Assembly: GCA_044222185.1 (NCBI GenBank)
Contig: JBGANV010000012.1
Span: 77,661-141,660, forward strand
DNA: 64,000 bases
Source of the DNA: Planctomycetota bacterium
GTDB taxonomy: Bacteria; Planctomycetota; GCA-002687715; CAIWVZ01
Direction of reading: 5' to 3'
Positions within the stretch are counted from its first letter, which is position 1. Every line of letters starts with the position of its first letter. Below are positions 38,971 to 48,383 of the stretch, piece after piece. Under the pieces are notes generated by a model. That model searched no databases. It was not told the DNA's origin and was given only the letters and a program-made list of their open reading frames with translations. Both the position numbers and the translations under genes were made by a program.

Positions 38971-40683
38971 ATGCGCCGCCCCCCCTTGCCGCCCGTCGTC
39001 GCGCTCGCACTTTCATGCCTCCTCACGGCGTGCGGTGATCGGGGCGCGTCCACCCCTTCGGCCGGCGCTGCGGCGGGACCTTCGGTGCGGACGATCTGGT
39101 TCGAGGACGAAGCGGCGGCCGCGGGCCTGGTGTTCGAGCATCGTTCGGGCGTCGCGCGCGACAAGCGGTACATCATCGAGTCGATCGGCGCCGGCACCGC
39201 GGTGGCGGATTTCAACGGCGACGGACACCTCGACGTCTTCCTCTGCGGCGGCGGGAAGACGCCCCGTCCCGAGGCGGAGGGGCGCGACAGCGCGTTGTTC
39301 TTCGGCGACGGGAAGGGCCGCTTCACGCGATCGACGCAGGTGTTCGCAACGGACCGGGACGGCGTCGCATTCGGCGCGGTCGCGGCCGACTACGACCGTG
39401 ACGGAGACATGGACCTGTTCGTGTGCCGCTGGGGCGAGAACATCCTCTGGCGCAACGAAGGCAACGGCGACTTCGTCGACGTGACCGCGAAGGCCGGCCT
39501 GCGTGACCGCGGCTGGTCTTCCAGCGCGGCTTTCGGTGACGTCGACGGCGACGGCTGGCTCGACCTGTACGTGGCCAAGTATCTGGACTTCGGCTCACCC
39601 CAGTCGCTCGCGCGCACCAACTGCGACTGGGCGGCAATCAAAGTCGCCTGCGGGCCAAAAGGCGAGGTGCCCGAGGCGGACCGGCTCTACCGGAACAAGG
39701 GCGACGGCACGTTCGAGGACGTCTCGGACGCCGCCGGCATCACGAAGGAGGCCCCGCGATACGCCCTCGCCGTGATGATGACCGACATCGATAGGGACCG
39801 CGACCTCGACATCTACGTTGCGAACGATTCCATGTCGAACGCTCTGTGGATCAACGACGGCAAGGGCCACTTCACCGACTCGGCGCTCGAGTTCGGGCTC
39901 GCGCTCTCCGCCGAGGGTGTGGCCCAGGCGAGCATGGGGATCGCGATCGATGACATGACGGGGGACGATCGCCCCGAAGTCGTCGTGACGAACTTCGCTC
40001 GCGACTACGACACGGTGTACGTGCAGCAGGCGGACGGGACCTTCGACGACCGGACGGATCGCTTCGGTATGGCGCAGGCCACGTGGCGTCAGCTTGCGTT
40101 CGGGATCATCAGCGAAGACTTCGATCGCGACGGGCGCTTGGACCTGTTCGTCGCCAACGGGCACGTGTACCCCGAAGTGGATCAGCATCCCGTCGATACG
40201 TCGTACTTCCAGCGATGTCAGATCTTCCGCAACGACGGCGGGCAGCGGTTCATCGACGTGTCGGATGCGTCGGGACCGGGCCTCGCGATCTCGACCGTCC
40301 ACCGCGGCGCGGCGGCAGGCGACTTCGACGAGGACGGTCGCATCGATCTCGTCGTGAACGTCCTCGACGGAAAGGCCGAGCTCCTCATGAACCGTTCCGA
40401 GCGACTCGGACATTGGGTCGCGGTGCGCGTTCGCGGGCGGCCCGGAGTGAGTGACCTGACTTGCGTGGGGGCACGCGTGGCGGTCGAAAGTGGAGGGCGC
40501 ACGCTCACGCGCGAGATCCGAGCCGGCGGGTCGTTCGCGTCGTGCAGTGGAAGCGACGTGTTCTTCGGTCTGGGTTCGGCGCGCATCGATTCCATCGTCG
40601 TTTCGTTCCCCGATGGACGTGTGATCAAACGCCACGACGCGGGCGCGGATCAGGTGGTCCTTTTCGAGCGAGGTGGGCCGTGA
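38971..40683 (+). CDS. CRTAC1-family FG-GAP / ASPIC-UnbV lipoprotein
   Basis: Lipobox LLTA|C; repeated D.D.DG..DL, LYRN.GDG.F.DV; C-terminal GARV.V...GGSF.S......FGLG. Confidence 0.9.
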   Translation: MRRPPLPPVVALALSCLLTACGDRGASTPSAGAAAGPSVRTIWFEDEAAAAGLVFEHRSGVARDKRYIIESIGAGTAVADFNGDGHLDVFLCGGGKTPRPEAEGRDSALFFGDGKGRFTRSTQVFATDRDGVAFGAVAADYDRDGDMDLFVCRWGENILWRNEGNGDFVDVTAKAGLRDRGWSSSAAFGDVDGDGWLDLYVAKYLDFGSPQSLARTNCDWAAIKVACGPKGEVPEADRLYRNKGDGTFEDVSDAAGITKEAPRYALAVMMTDIDRDRDLDIYVANDSMSNALWINDGKGHFTDSALEFGLALSAEGVAQASMGIAIDDMTGDDRPEVVVTNFARDYDTVYVQQADGTFDDRTDRFGMAQATWRQLAFGIISEDFDRDGRLDLFVANGHVYPEVDQHPVDTSYFQRCQIFRNDGGQRFIDVSDASGPGLAISTVHRGAAAGDFDEDGRIDLVVNVLDGKAELLMNRSERLGHWVAVRVRGRPGVSDLTCVGARVAVESGGRTLTREIRAGGSFASCSGSDVFFGLGSARIDSIVVSFPDGRVIKRHDAGADQVVLFERGGP

Positions 40684-41630
40684 CGCGCGTCGAAACGCTC
40701 GCCGTCACCCTGGGGCTGCTGATCTTGGTCACGCAGCCCACCGCGTCCCAAGCGCCGTCTCCCGAAGAGACGGCCGCGGCACAGCGGATCGTCGCAATGG
40801 TGAACGACGGGTCTGCGGCCTTGCGCGGCGGGCGCGTCGACGACGGGCGCCGCATCATCGGGCAGGCGGCGGCATTCGCGGGCGCCGATCGCCGGAGGTT
40901 GCGGATCCTCGCGTCGGCGCTCCTCGACGCGTCGCAGCCGGAGCTCGCCATCCAGGTCGCGCAGCAGGCATCGCGCGTCGCGCCCGATGACGCACTCCTC
41001 TCCGGAGTCCTCGGACTCGCGCGCCACCAGCTCCGGCGATACGCGGAGGCCGTCACTGCGCTCACGGAAGCCGTGAGACTCGCGCCAAGGGAGCCGAAAT
41101 GGCTGATTTCGCTGGCGCGCAGCCACATCTACACGAACGAGGAGACGTTGGCGCTCGAGGAGATCCAGCGCGCGCTCAAGCTGGCTCCTGATTCGCTCGA
41201 CGCGCTCGCTGTACGAGCTGAATGCGAATATCGCAACGCGCGCTACGAGGCCTGCGAGGCGACGGCGCGCGAAGTCGTCGGCCGCGACGCCAGAAGTCGC
41301 CTGTGCTGGCAACTCCTCGTGCGCGCGCAGCGAACGCGTGGGCGCACCGACGCCGCGATCGAATCGGCGGCATCGGCGTTGAAGGCGATCGGTGACGACG
41401 GCGAGTTGCTCGTCGAATACGGCGTGGCGCTGCTCGATGCCGGACGCTTGGACGAGGCCGCAAAGCGCCTCGAAGCGGCGCAGGTCATGTTGCCGAAGGA
41501 GCCGCGCATCCCCATGCACCTCGCGAAGGTCTACACGCGCCAGGGTGCAAAGGACAAAGCCGCCGAAGCGCGGAAGGTTTGGCTCAAGCTCGCCAACGAG
41601 GCGAAGGCGTCGGAGTCGCGCCCGGGCTGA
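40680..41630 (+). CDS. Secreted tetratricopeptide repeat protein
   Basis: GTGA overlap with the upstream gene; signal peptide; A..L.P TPR periodicity. Confidence 0.85.
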   Translation: MTRVETLAVTLGLLILVTQPTASQAPSPEETAAAQRIVAMVNDGSAALRGGRVDDGRRIIGQAAAFAGADRRRLRILASALLDASQPELAIQVAQQASRVAPDDALLSGVLGLARHQLRRYAEAVTALTEAVRLAPREPKWLISLARSHIYTNEETLALEEIQRALKLAPDSLDALAVRAECEYRNARYEACEATAREVVGRDARSRLCWQLLVRAQRTRGRTDAAIESAASALKAIGDDGELLVEYGVALLDAGRLDEAAKRLEAAQVMLPKEPRIPMHLAKVYTRQGAKDKAAEARKVWLKLANEAKASESRPG

Positions 41631-41712
41631 AGTCTGCTGGCGCGCGCGCACGGCGGGCTGAGATACACTCCTCGACGTCGGGTTCTCCGTGCGCACCTCA
41701 CAGGAGTCGTTC

Positions 41713-42615
41713 ATGCCGCGTGTCGTCCTCGCCCTTCGCGTCGCCGCCGCCGTCGGAGTGCTCGCGCTCGCCGCGTGTTCCGAGCGCGCGGCATACCAGG
41801 TCAAGCTCTCGCGACCGGTCGCCGTCGGAGCGCGCATGGGGGTTCGATACACCTGGTCCTCGGATACCCACGTCGTCGTCACGATCGGCGGCAAGAAGGC
41901 GCAGCAAACGGACGAGACGATGCACGCCGACATCGCGGGCGTGATGGACGTCCTCGCCGTCAACGCCCTGGGCGATCCGACCAGATTCACGGTGACCGTC
42001 GAAAAGGGGAGCCTGGTGAAGAAGGGCGGGGCCAAGGTCGCGATGCGCGCCGGACAGGTCCTGATCGCCGAGAGCCAGGGCGATCGCGATACCGTCACGT
42101 GGAAGGACGGGGCTCTCGATCCGGATGACGCCGCCATTCTGGCCGACGCCTTCAACCCCGCGGCGGACACGCGGCCTGTCGACGACGACGCGTTCCTCGG
42201 CACCCGCGAGCGCGTGGAGGTCGGCGCAACTTGGCCCCTCGACCCGCGCACGGTCGTCGGCGAGCTCGCGCGATCGAAGGTCGAGGCGAAGTCGGAGAAC
42301 GTCCGCGGTGCGGGACGGCTGGTCGGTCTCGACTCTCCCACGCATCCGGGCTGGATGTTGGTGGGGGCCGAGTTGGAAGCGAAGGACGTGAGCTTCCCGC
42401 TGCCGGAGCAATTGGCGACGTTTGCGCGTGAGGCGAGCGAGATACGCGTCCAGTTCCAGGGCAGACTTCCCATGGACCCGTCCGCACCTGCGCTGGAACG
42501 CGGCTCGGAAATGACGGTGACGGCGCGACTTCGCCAGGTCGGCCCCAAGGGCGAGACGGTGTATGAGTTGAAACGGGTGAAGAAGGCCGCGGTGGTGTAC
42601 ACGTCGCCCAGGTAG
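41713..42615 (+). CDS. Hypothetical lipoprotein
   Basis: AGGAG RBS; lipobox ALAA|C; beta-rich body. Confidence 0.75.
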   Translation: MPRVVLALRVAAAVGVLALAACSERAAYQVKLSRPVAVGARMGVRYTWSSDTHVVVTIGGKKAQQTDETMHADIAGVMDVLAVNALGDPTRFTVTVEKGSLVKKGGAKVAMRAGQVLIAESQGDRDTVTWKDGALDPDDAAILADAFNPAADTRPVDDDAFLGTRERVEVGATWPLDPRTVVGELARSKVEAKSENVRGAGRLVGLDSPTHPGWMLVGAELEAKDVSFPLPEQLATFAREASEIRVQFQGRLPMDPSAPALERGSEMTVTARLRQVGPKGETVYELKRVKKAAVVYTSPR

Positions 42616-43304
42616 GCGGGCGACTCCCACCGGATTCACGATCGGTCCACCGGGACGGGAACCCGGGCCTTCGGCCGTGCGCCCGGTGGTGAGCGTCACG
42701 AGGTGACGCCTCGAGGTGGGTTCGTGCGCGGGGCGTGGTGCAGGCGTCGCGCCCGGAGCCGTGAGGTGCCAGGAGGCGGTTCTCGCTTCGAGCTCTCACC
42801 CTCTCGCGTGTGGGCCCGGCCTCGAGTCGAGCGACCAGCCAGTACGTTCCGACGTCGTCGGAGCGGTCGAGCGGCGCCACGTGGCATCGACGCCGGTGCT
42901 GTCGACCCCGACTTGCGTGGATGGTTCGGTCACGGGCTCGACCTTCCGACGGCGCAACGACGGGGCCGGATCGCCGCCGAAGTCCGCCCCGTCATTGGCG
43001 TCCGCAACTCGTTGCAGCACTTCTTCCCACGGGCCGTCACTCGTGGCCGACACGCTGGGGCGCGGGTCACCGGCCGGCGCTCCAGGGAGGGGTAGTACGG
43101 TCGCTTCGGGCGGACCGGCCCTGCGCACGCCTGCCGCCCCCTGCGAAAGAAAACTCGGTGGCGCGCCACAACTCGCGCCGCGCCGTTTCGCGGGGTCATC
43201 GAGCCGCATTGCCGATTTCGGCGGCGATCGGTGGGTTCATTGCCGCGCCCTCTCGCTCCGGACCGGCGTCCGCACCGCGGAGTCTTGTGGCGTACACTCG
43301 GCCA

Positions 43305-43334
43305 TTGACAACGCGCAGAGTCCCCCCATAAGCT
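43305..43334 (+). promoter_or_regulatory. Sigma70-type promoter
   Basis: Perfect TTGACA (43305-43310), 18-bp spacer, TAAGCT (43329-43334), about 120 bp upstream of ATG 43457. Confidence 0.6.
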
Positions 43335-43456
43335 TCCCCCTCGGTTCTGGAACGAAGTTCGCCGTTTTGATCTGTGCGAGTCAACGAGGCTGCATCAATC
43401 ACACCCGGTCGAGAGTCCGGCGTGCAGCTTCGTCTTCACCCAAGGAGTGTTTCCCG

Positions 43457-45136
43457 ATGAGAATGTCATCTCTCTCGATGGCCCGAACGGTCGTTGCGGT
43501 CGCACTTGCCGCGACGCTCGGCCTCGCCCAGGGTTCAGCCTGCGGCACGCAGTTGTTCGTCAGCAACACCGGTGGCAACGGCCAGAACGGTGTCATGTTC
43601 GACCTCGTGAATACGTCGGCGACCCCGCTGACGATCTGCGGATTCGACGTCAACCTGGATCCGGGCACCTTCCCCGCGCAGACGTGGTTCGTGACGGCCG
43701 GTGGGTCGCACCAGCCCGTCGCGTCGAATGCTGCGGCCTGGACGCTCGCGTCATCTGGCTCCGTGACGTCGCTCGGCACGTCGACGACCGGCGCGGGCAA
43801 CGTGCTGACGCCGTTCCCGGCGATCAGTGTGACCATCGCACCCGGCGCGACGCAGGGCTTCGCCGTCAGCCTCGGCTCGACCGCGACGACTCTCAACTAC
43901 ACGACCGGTGCCGCAGCCACGAGCGTCGGCGCCGTGTTCACGTCGGATGCGAACCTCCAGTTCGTCATCGGATTCGGCAAGGCGTATCTCGCGGCGTCGA
44001 ACGGTCCGTTCGGCGGGAGCTTCGGTTCCACGACGACCGGCGGTCGCATCGCCAACATCCGCGTCGGTTACACGGTTGCCGGCGGATCGCCGCTCTGGCA
44101 GATCAACGGGCCCGGGTCGACGTTCGACGTCAACGGCATTGCGACGAGTTCGGCGTTCGGCCTCAACTTCGCGACGGCGACTGGCGTCCCCTGCGTCCCG
44201 AACGCTGCGAACATCTCGTCGACGAACGTCGGCCTGGGCTGGGACCTCGTCATCGGCGGAGCCGTTCCGGTCTCGTCGACTGGCGGTGGTCTGACGACGC
44301 CAGGTGGACAGATCCTGAACATCAGCCTCGCGGATCCGACGGTGAGCTTCCTGTTCGGGCTCACGTTCGCGGTTCCGTTCGCCAATGCCTCGCTGCCCTT
44401 CGGCGCCCCCGTCGGGTTCGCGCTCTCCGCGCAGATGGTGAATCTCGCGCCGTCGAACCCTGACGGATTCGCGCTGTCGGCCTGCACGCGATTCCAGCAG
44501 GTTGCGCCGCCGACTTCGTTCACTGGGCCCTCGGGCGACGATGCGACGGTGACCCTGTCGTTGGGCGGCGCTCCGAACTGCATCCCGGCGATCCCGTTCT
44601 ACGGCGTGCTCCAAACGACGATGCACGTCAGCACGAACGGCCGCGTTCAGCTCGGCGGGACGGCCAACGCGGCGTTCACGCCGTCAGTCGTGACGGCTCA
44701 GTCCGAAGGCATGGTTGGTTGCTGGACCGACATGAACACCGCGACGAACACGCCGAACGGCACGATCACGATCGATGACTCGATCGCCGGCATCGTCAGC
44801 GTGAACTACGCGAACGTCGGCTACTTCGGGCAGGCTGGCACGCTCAACACGTTCCAGATCGTGTTCGACGCCAGCACGGGCGTTGTGACGCTCGCCAACA
44901 TCAGCGGCCTCGGTGCGCAGCTGGTGGGCAGCACCCTCAACATGTTCACGGGCATCTCGAAGGGTGGCGGCGCCACGGACCCGGGTGCGGCGGCATTCGC
45001 ACCGCTCTCGTCGGGCATCACGGGTAACGGAACGGACATGCTCTACCTGTTCGCGACGGCCCCGGCGAACGGAGGATGCGCGAACATCTTCTTCACGCCG
45101 AACGCCTTCGGCAACTACGACTGGACGTCGAACTGA
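43457..45136 (+). CDS. Secreted three-domain surface protein (N-terminal beta-sandwich, internal sorting-like module, nidogen-like C-domain)
   Basis: AAGGAG RBS; signal ...GLA|Q; NGVMFD; WQING...SAQMV..PSNPDGFALSA; GDDAT...IPFYG...VSTNG...NTFQ. Confidence 0.88.
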   Translation: MRMSSLSMARTVVAVALAATLGLAQGSACGTQLFVSNTGGNGQNGVMFDLVNTSATPLTICGFDVNLDPGTFPAQTWFVTAGGSHQPVASNAAAWTLASSGSVTSLGTSTTGAGNVLTPFPAISVTIAPGATQGFAVSLGSTATTLNYTTGAAATSVGAVFTSDANLQFVIGFGKAYLAASNGPFGGSFGSTTTGGRIANIRVGYTVAGGSPLWQINGPGSTFDVNGIATSSAFGLNFATATGVPCVPNAANISSTNVGLGWDLVIGGAVPVSSTGGGLTTPGGQILNISLADPTVSFLFGLTFAVPFANASLPFGAPVGFALSAQMVNLAPSNPDGFALSACTRFQQVAPPTSFTGPSGDDATVTLSLGGAPNCIPAIPFYGVLQTTMHVSTNGRVQLGGTANAAFTPSVVTAQSEGMVGCWTDMNTATNTPNGTITIDDSIAGIVSVNYANVGYFGQAGTLNTFQIVFDASTGVVTLANISGLGAQLVGSTLNMFTGISKGGGATDPGAAAFAPLSSGITGNGTDMLYLFATAPANGGCANIFFTPNAFGNYDWTSN

Positions 45137-45158
45137 ACGTCTGAGTCCCGCTCGATGC

Positions 45159-45195
45159 GAAACCGCGGCGCACCTCGCCGCGGTTTCTTTTTTTT
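45159..45195 (+). terminator. Rho-independent terminator
   Basis: gaaaccgcggcg-cacct-cgccgcggtttc 12-bp stem followed by T8. Confidence 0.9.
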
Positions 45196-45480
45196 GCGAC
45201 GTCCGGGCGCCGCGCGATCGTTGCCGATCGATTCGCGGCGGACGCTCCCTCCAATGCCGGCCGGGCTGGGACTCACTCGACCGCCGAGCGACCGGATGGG
45301 GCGGAGGTGCCCGATCCGAGTGGCCTGAACATGCTGCGCGACGCGGGAGGATCAGGCGGTCGCAAGCGGTCCCGCGCTGATCCGCGGGTTGCGCTGTCTG
45401 GTCTGCGCGAGCCGCGGGGCGAGTCCGCCGGTCGCCACCGCGAAGGCCCACGCCGTGGTGCGCGGCGGTCCGCGGCGTCG

Positions 45481-47991
45481 TCAGTAGCCGACGGCCATTC
45501 TCACGCCGGCCGACACGGCGAAGCCCGTAGGCGCGGAGGGGCTGAGGAAGAGCGCCTGCACTCCGAATGCCTGTCCGACGAGCGCCTCCGCATTCGGCAC
45601 CATCCCTGGAAGCGACCACGTCCCGTTCGCGTTGACGGAGAACTGGCCGTGCGACCTGAGTCCGACACCGCCGAGGTAGAGCGGGCAGCCATTCGAGAGA
45701 GTCGACGTCGCGATCGTGGACGACGAGAACAGCTCGCCGATGGCGTAGGGGGGCGCAAACGACCCGGACGCGAGAACCGGCGCGCCGACGACGGCGAGCC
45801 CCGCGACGAGGGTTGGTGGCGTGGTCGACGTCCCGCAACCGGGGCCGATCGGATTGACCATGGCGGGCGCGCCCAGCGCGATCTTCATGAAGAAGCAATC
45901 GTCGAGTCCCTGCGGGGACGCGAATGCCGAGCTCAGTGCCGGCAGGTTGGACGACGACGTCGTCCCGGTGAGGTAGATCGCACCGGCGGGATCGAGTGCA
46001 ACGCCGCGGAGCTGGTCCGACCCGTTGCCTCCGATGAAGGAGCTGAAGACGACTCCGCGGCCATCGCCCGAGAGCTTCACGACGAATCCGTCTTCCGGCA
46101 GGCCACCGGCCATGAACGTCGATTGCACCGCGTTCGGCGTCACGAGCAGGTCGGGCGAATTGGTGTATCCGACCACGACGGGCGCACCGTTCCCGTCCAG
46201 CGCGAGGTCGTATCCCGCATCGCTCGCGCCGCCGCCGAGGTAGGTGGAGTAAACGAGGGTGGCCCCGTTCGCTGCCACCTTGGTGACGAACGCGTCCGAC
46301 GAGTTCTGCGACGACGGTCGCACCGCGTCCGACGTCACGGGATAACCCGGATACGCCTGCCCCGTGATGACGGGTGCATCCGACGCATCCATGTCGAGCG
46401 CCAGCGCCTGGTCGTCACCGGATCCGCCGAGGAACGTGCTCCAGACCAACTGGCCCAGGTTCGCCGTGAAGCGGCAGACGATGGCGTCGCTGAGCCCGTT
46501 GGGCGTGGAGTCGAACGAACCGGCCGTGCTCGGGAAGTTCGGGGACGACGAGGCTCCCGCGATCACGATCTGCCCGTTCGTGCAGGCCCGCACTCCCGTC
46601 GCGCTGTCGATGCTCGAGCCACCGATGAGCGTGCTCGCAACCAGCGTCGAACCGCTCGCCGAGAGCTTTCCGACGAACGCGTCGAAGTCGCCGTTCGGCG
46701 CCCCGTCCCAGGCGCCCGCGGACGTTGGGAAGTTGGTGGATTTCGTGGAGCCGCAAACCAGGACCTCGTCCGCAGCGTTCAACGTGACTCCGCCCGGATA
46801 GTCGTCGTTGCCCCCGCCCAGGTAGGTGGAGAACACGAGGCCCGTTCCCGTGGCGTTGAGCTTGGTCACGAAGACGTCGCTCCACCCGTTGTAGGCCGTG
46901 TCGTAGGCGCCCGTCGTCGTTGGGAAACCGCTGCCGCACTTTCCGGTGATGACGGCCCGCCCCTGCGAGTCCAGAGCCATTCCCGCGGATTGGTCCGCCC
47001 CGGCCGATCCGAGGTAGGTCGAGAAGACGATGGCGTTCCCCGCGGGCGTGAGCTTCGTGACGAACGCCTCCGTGTTGTTCAGCACCGAGTCGAACGCCCC
47101 CGGCGAGCGAGGGTAGTCGGCGGACGTCGTGCGCCCCGTGACGAACATGGCGCCCGACGAATCGACGGCGACGGCCCGCGCAAGGTCGTAGCTCGACCCA
47201 GCCAGGATCCCGGACACGACGATCACCGGGTCGATGACCAGCCGTTGCCCCGGCCGGTGACTCGGCACGTCGAATCCGAACCGCGTCGCGTCGAGGATCC
47301 GGAAGCGGCAATCGACGATCTCTCGACCGCCATCCTCTCGGATGCGCCACGTTCGCGGGCATTCCTGCCGCACGACCCCCATGGAGGTGTTGGCCAGCAG
47401 CGCGCCCGACTCGTCCAGCGAAAGCCCGTTCGCGCCGTCACAGCGCACGACGACGCGGGAAGGGTCACCCGTCGGTCCGACGAGGACGTCGTACTCGACC
47501 TGCCCGTGGGCATCGTGGAATTCCACGGCGACATCGTCATAGATGCCGGTCGCGCGAACCGACGACCACGTGGGGGCGTCGGTCACCCATTTCGCGGGGT
47601 CGTTGCCGATGAAGTAGTTCATCCGCCCGGGAAGACCCGACGCCCCATCGACGCGGGCGCCCTCCGCAGCACCTTCGAACGTGAAGAACAGGTTCACGCC
47701 GCGTGCCGTCTCGGCGACGTCCGCCGGTGGCGCGCAGATCGACACCACGAACCGTTCGGCGCCGACGAACGTCGTGACCGGCCCCTGCCGGACCACGAAG
47801 CGGGCGCGAGCGTCGAACTGTCCGCGATTCTCGATGAACGTCGCGGGGAGGCGCCCTGTCGGGACTACCGACGACGCGGGCCGTCGGTGGGCGTCGACTC
47901 CGTTCGGACCTTGAGCCGGCGACATCGCCGCAGCGACGAACGCGAGCGCGAGCACGCCCATCCGGGCATCGAACCGTCCGGTTACGACCAT
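45481..47991 (-). CDS. SBBP beta-propeller repeat secreted protein with C-terminal sorting-like module
   Basis: FIENRGQ, NYFIGNDP.KW, EYD.LV.P..DP, LVIDP N-domain; repeated DAFVTKL...L.YSTYLGG...D; C-terminal GPGC...VPN...LVG...VQALF...VSAG. Confidence 0.92.
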   Translation of the reverse strand: MVVTGRFDARMGVLALAFVAAAMSPAQGPNGVDAHRRPASSVVPTGRLPATFIENRGQFDARARFVVRQGPVTTFVGAERFVVSICAPPADVAETARGVNLFFTFEGAAEGARVDGASGLPGRMNYFIGNDPAKWVTDAPTWSSVRATGIYDDVAVEFHDAHGQVEYDVLVGPTGDPSRVVVRCDGANGLSLDESGALLANTSMGVVRQECPRTWRIREDGGREIVDCRFRILDATRFGFDVPSHRPGQRLVIDPVIVVSGILAGSSYDLARAVAVDSSGAMFVTGRTTSADYPRSPGAFDSVLNNTEAFVTKLTPAGNAIVFSTYLGSAGADQSAGMALDSQGRAVITGKCGSGFPTTTGAYDTAYNGWSDVFVTKLNATGTGLVFSTYLGGGNDDYPGGVTLNAADEVLVCGSTKSTNFPTSAGAWDGAPNGDFDAFVGKLSASGSTLVASTLIGGSSIDSATGVRACTNGQIVIAGASSSPNFPSTAGSFDSTPNGLSDAIVCRFTANLGQLVWSTFLGGSGDDQALALDMDASDAPVITGQAYPGYPVTSDAVRPSSQNSSDAFVTKVAANGATLVYSTYLGGGASDAGYDLALDGNGAPVVVGYTNSPDLLVTPNAVQSTFMAGGLPEDGFVVKLSGDGRGVVFSSFIGGNGSDQLRGVALDPAGAIYLTGTTSSSNLPALSSAFASPQGLDDCFFMKIALGAPAMVNPIGPGCGTSTTPPTLVAGLAVVGAPVLASGSFAPPYAIGELFSSSTIATSTLSNGCPLYLGGVGLRSHGQFSVNANGTWSLPGMVPNAEALVGQAFGVQALFLSPSAPTGFAVSAGVRMAVGY

Positions 47992-48383
47992 CCCTTTTCG
48001 ACTCCGATCTGGCTTGGGACGCCCGTGGCGTCCTGAACGCGCGCGAAGAAGGTGCGCCTGCGCGCCATCGATCCGTCGCCCTCGTCCTGCCCGCAACGAT
48101 CACCGTCGTGATGGACGCCTTCGCTCGGCGGCGAGGCGTCGTTGCAGGGTTGGGGCCCAGGACTTTCCTGAGGGCTCGCTCCCCGTGCACACCCAACGAG
48201 AACATAGAAACGCAGGCCCAGGGATTCCGCGCGAGAACGTGAAAGAAACCGCCTGAAAATGGCCGTTTTGCACGCGCACTTCGGAAATGGTGGATATGAT
48301 CCGCCGTCGCCAACCGGGAGACCGCCCGTGGGGGACGGCTTCCTCGCGGCGGATGAGTCTCGGCCCCGGTCCCGGAGGGTGGA

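Noticed and set aside
48268-48300. Sigma70 promoter TTGCAC...TATGAT upstream of the kinase
   Set aside because: The spacer is 21 bp, too long to call with confidence.
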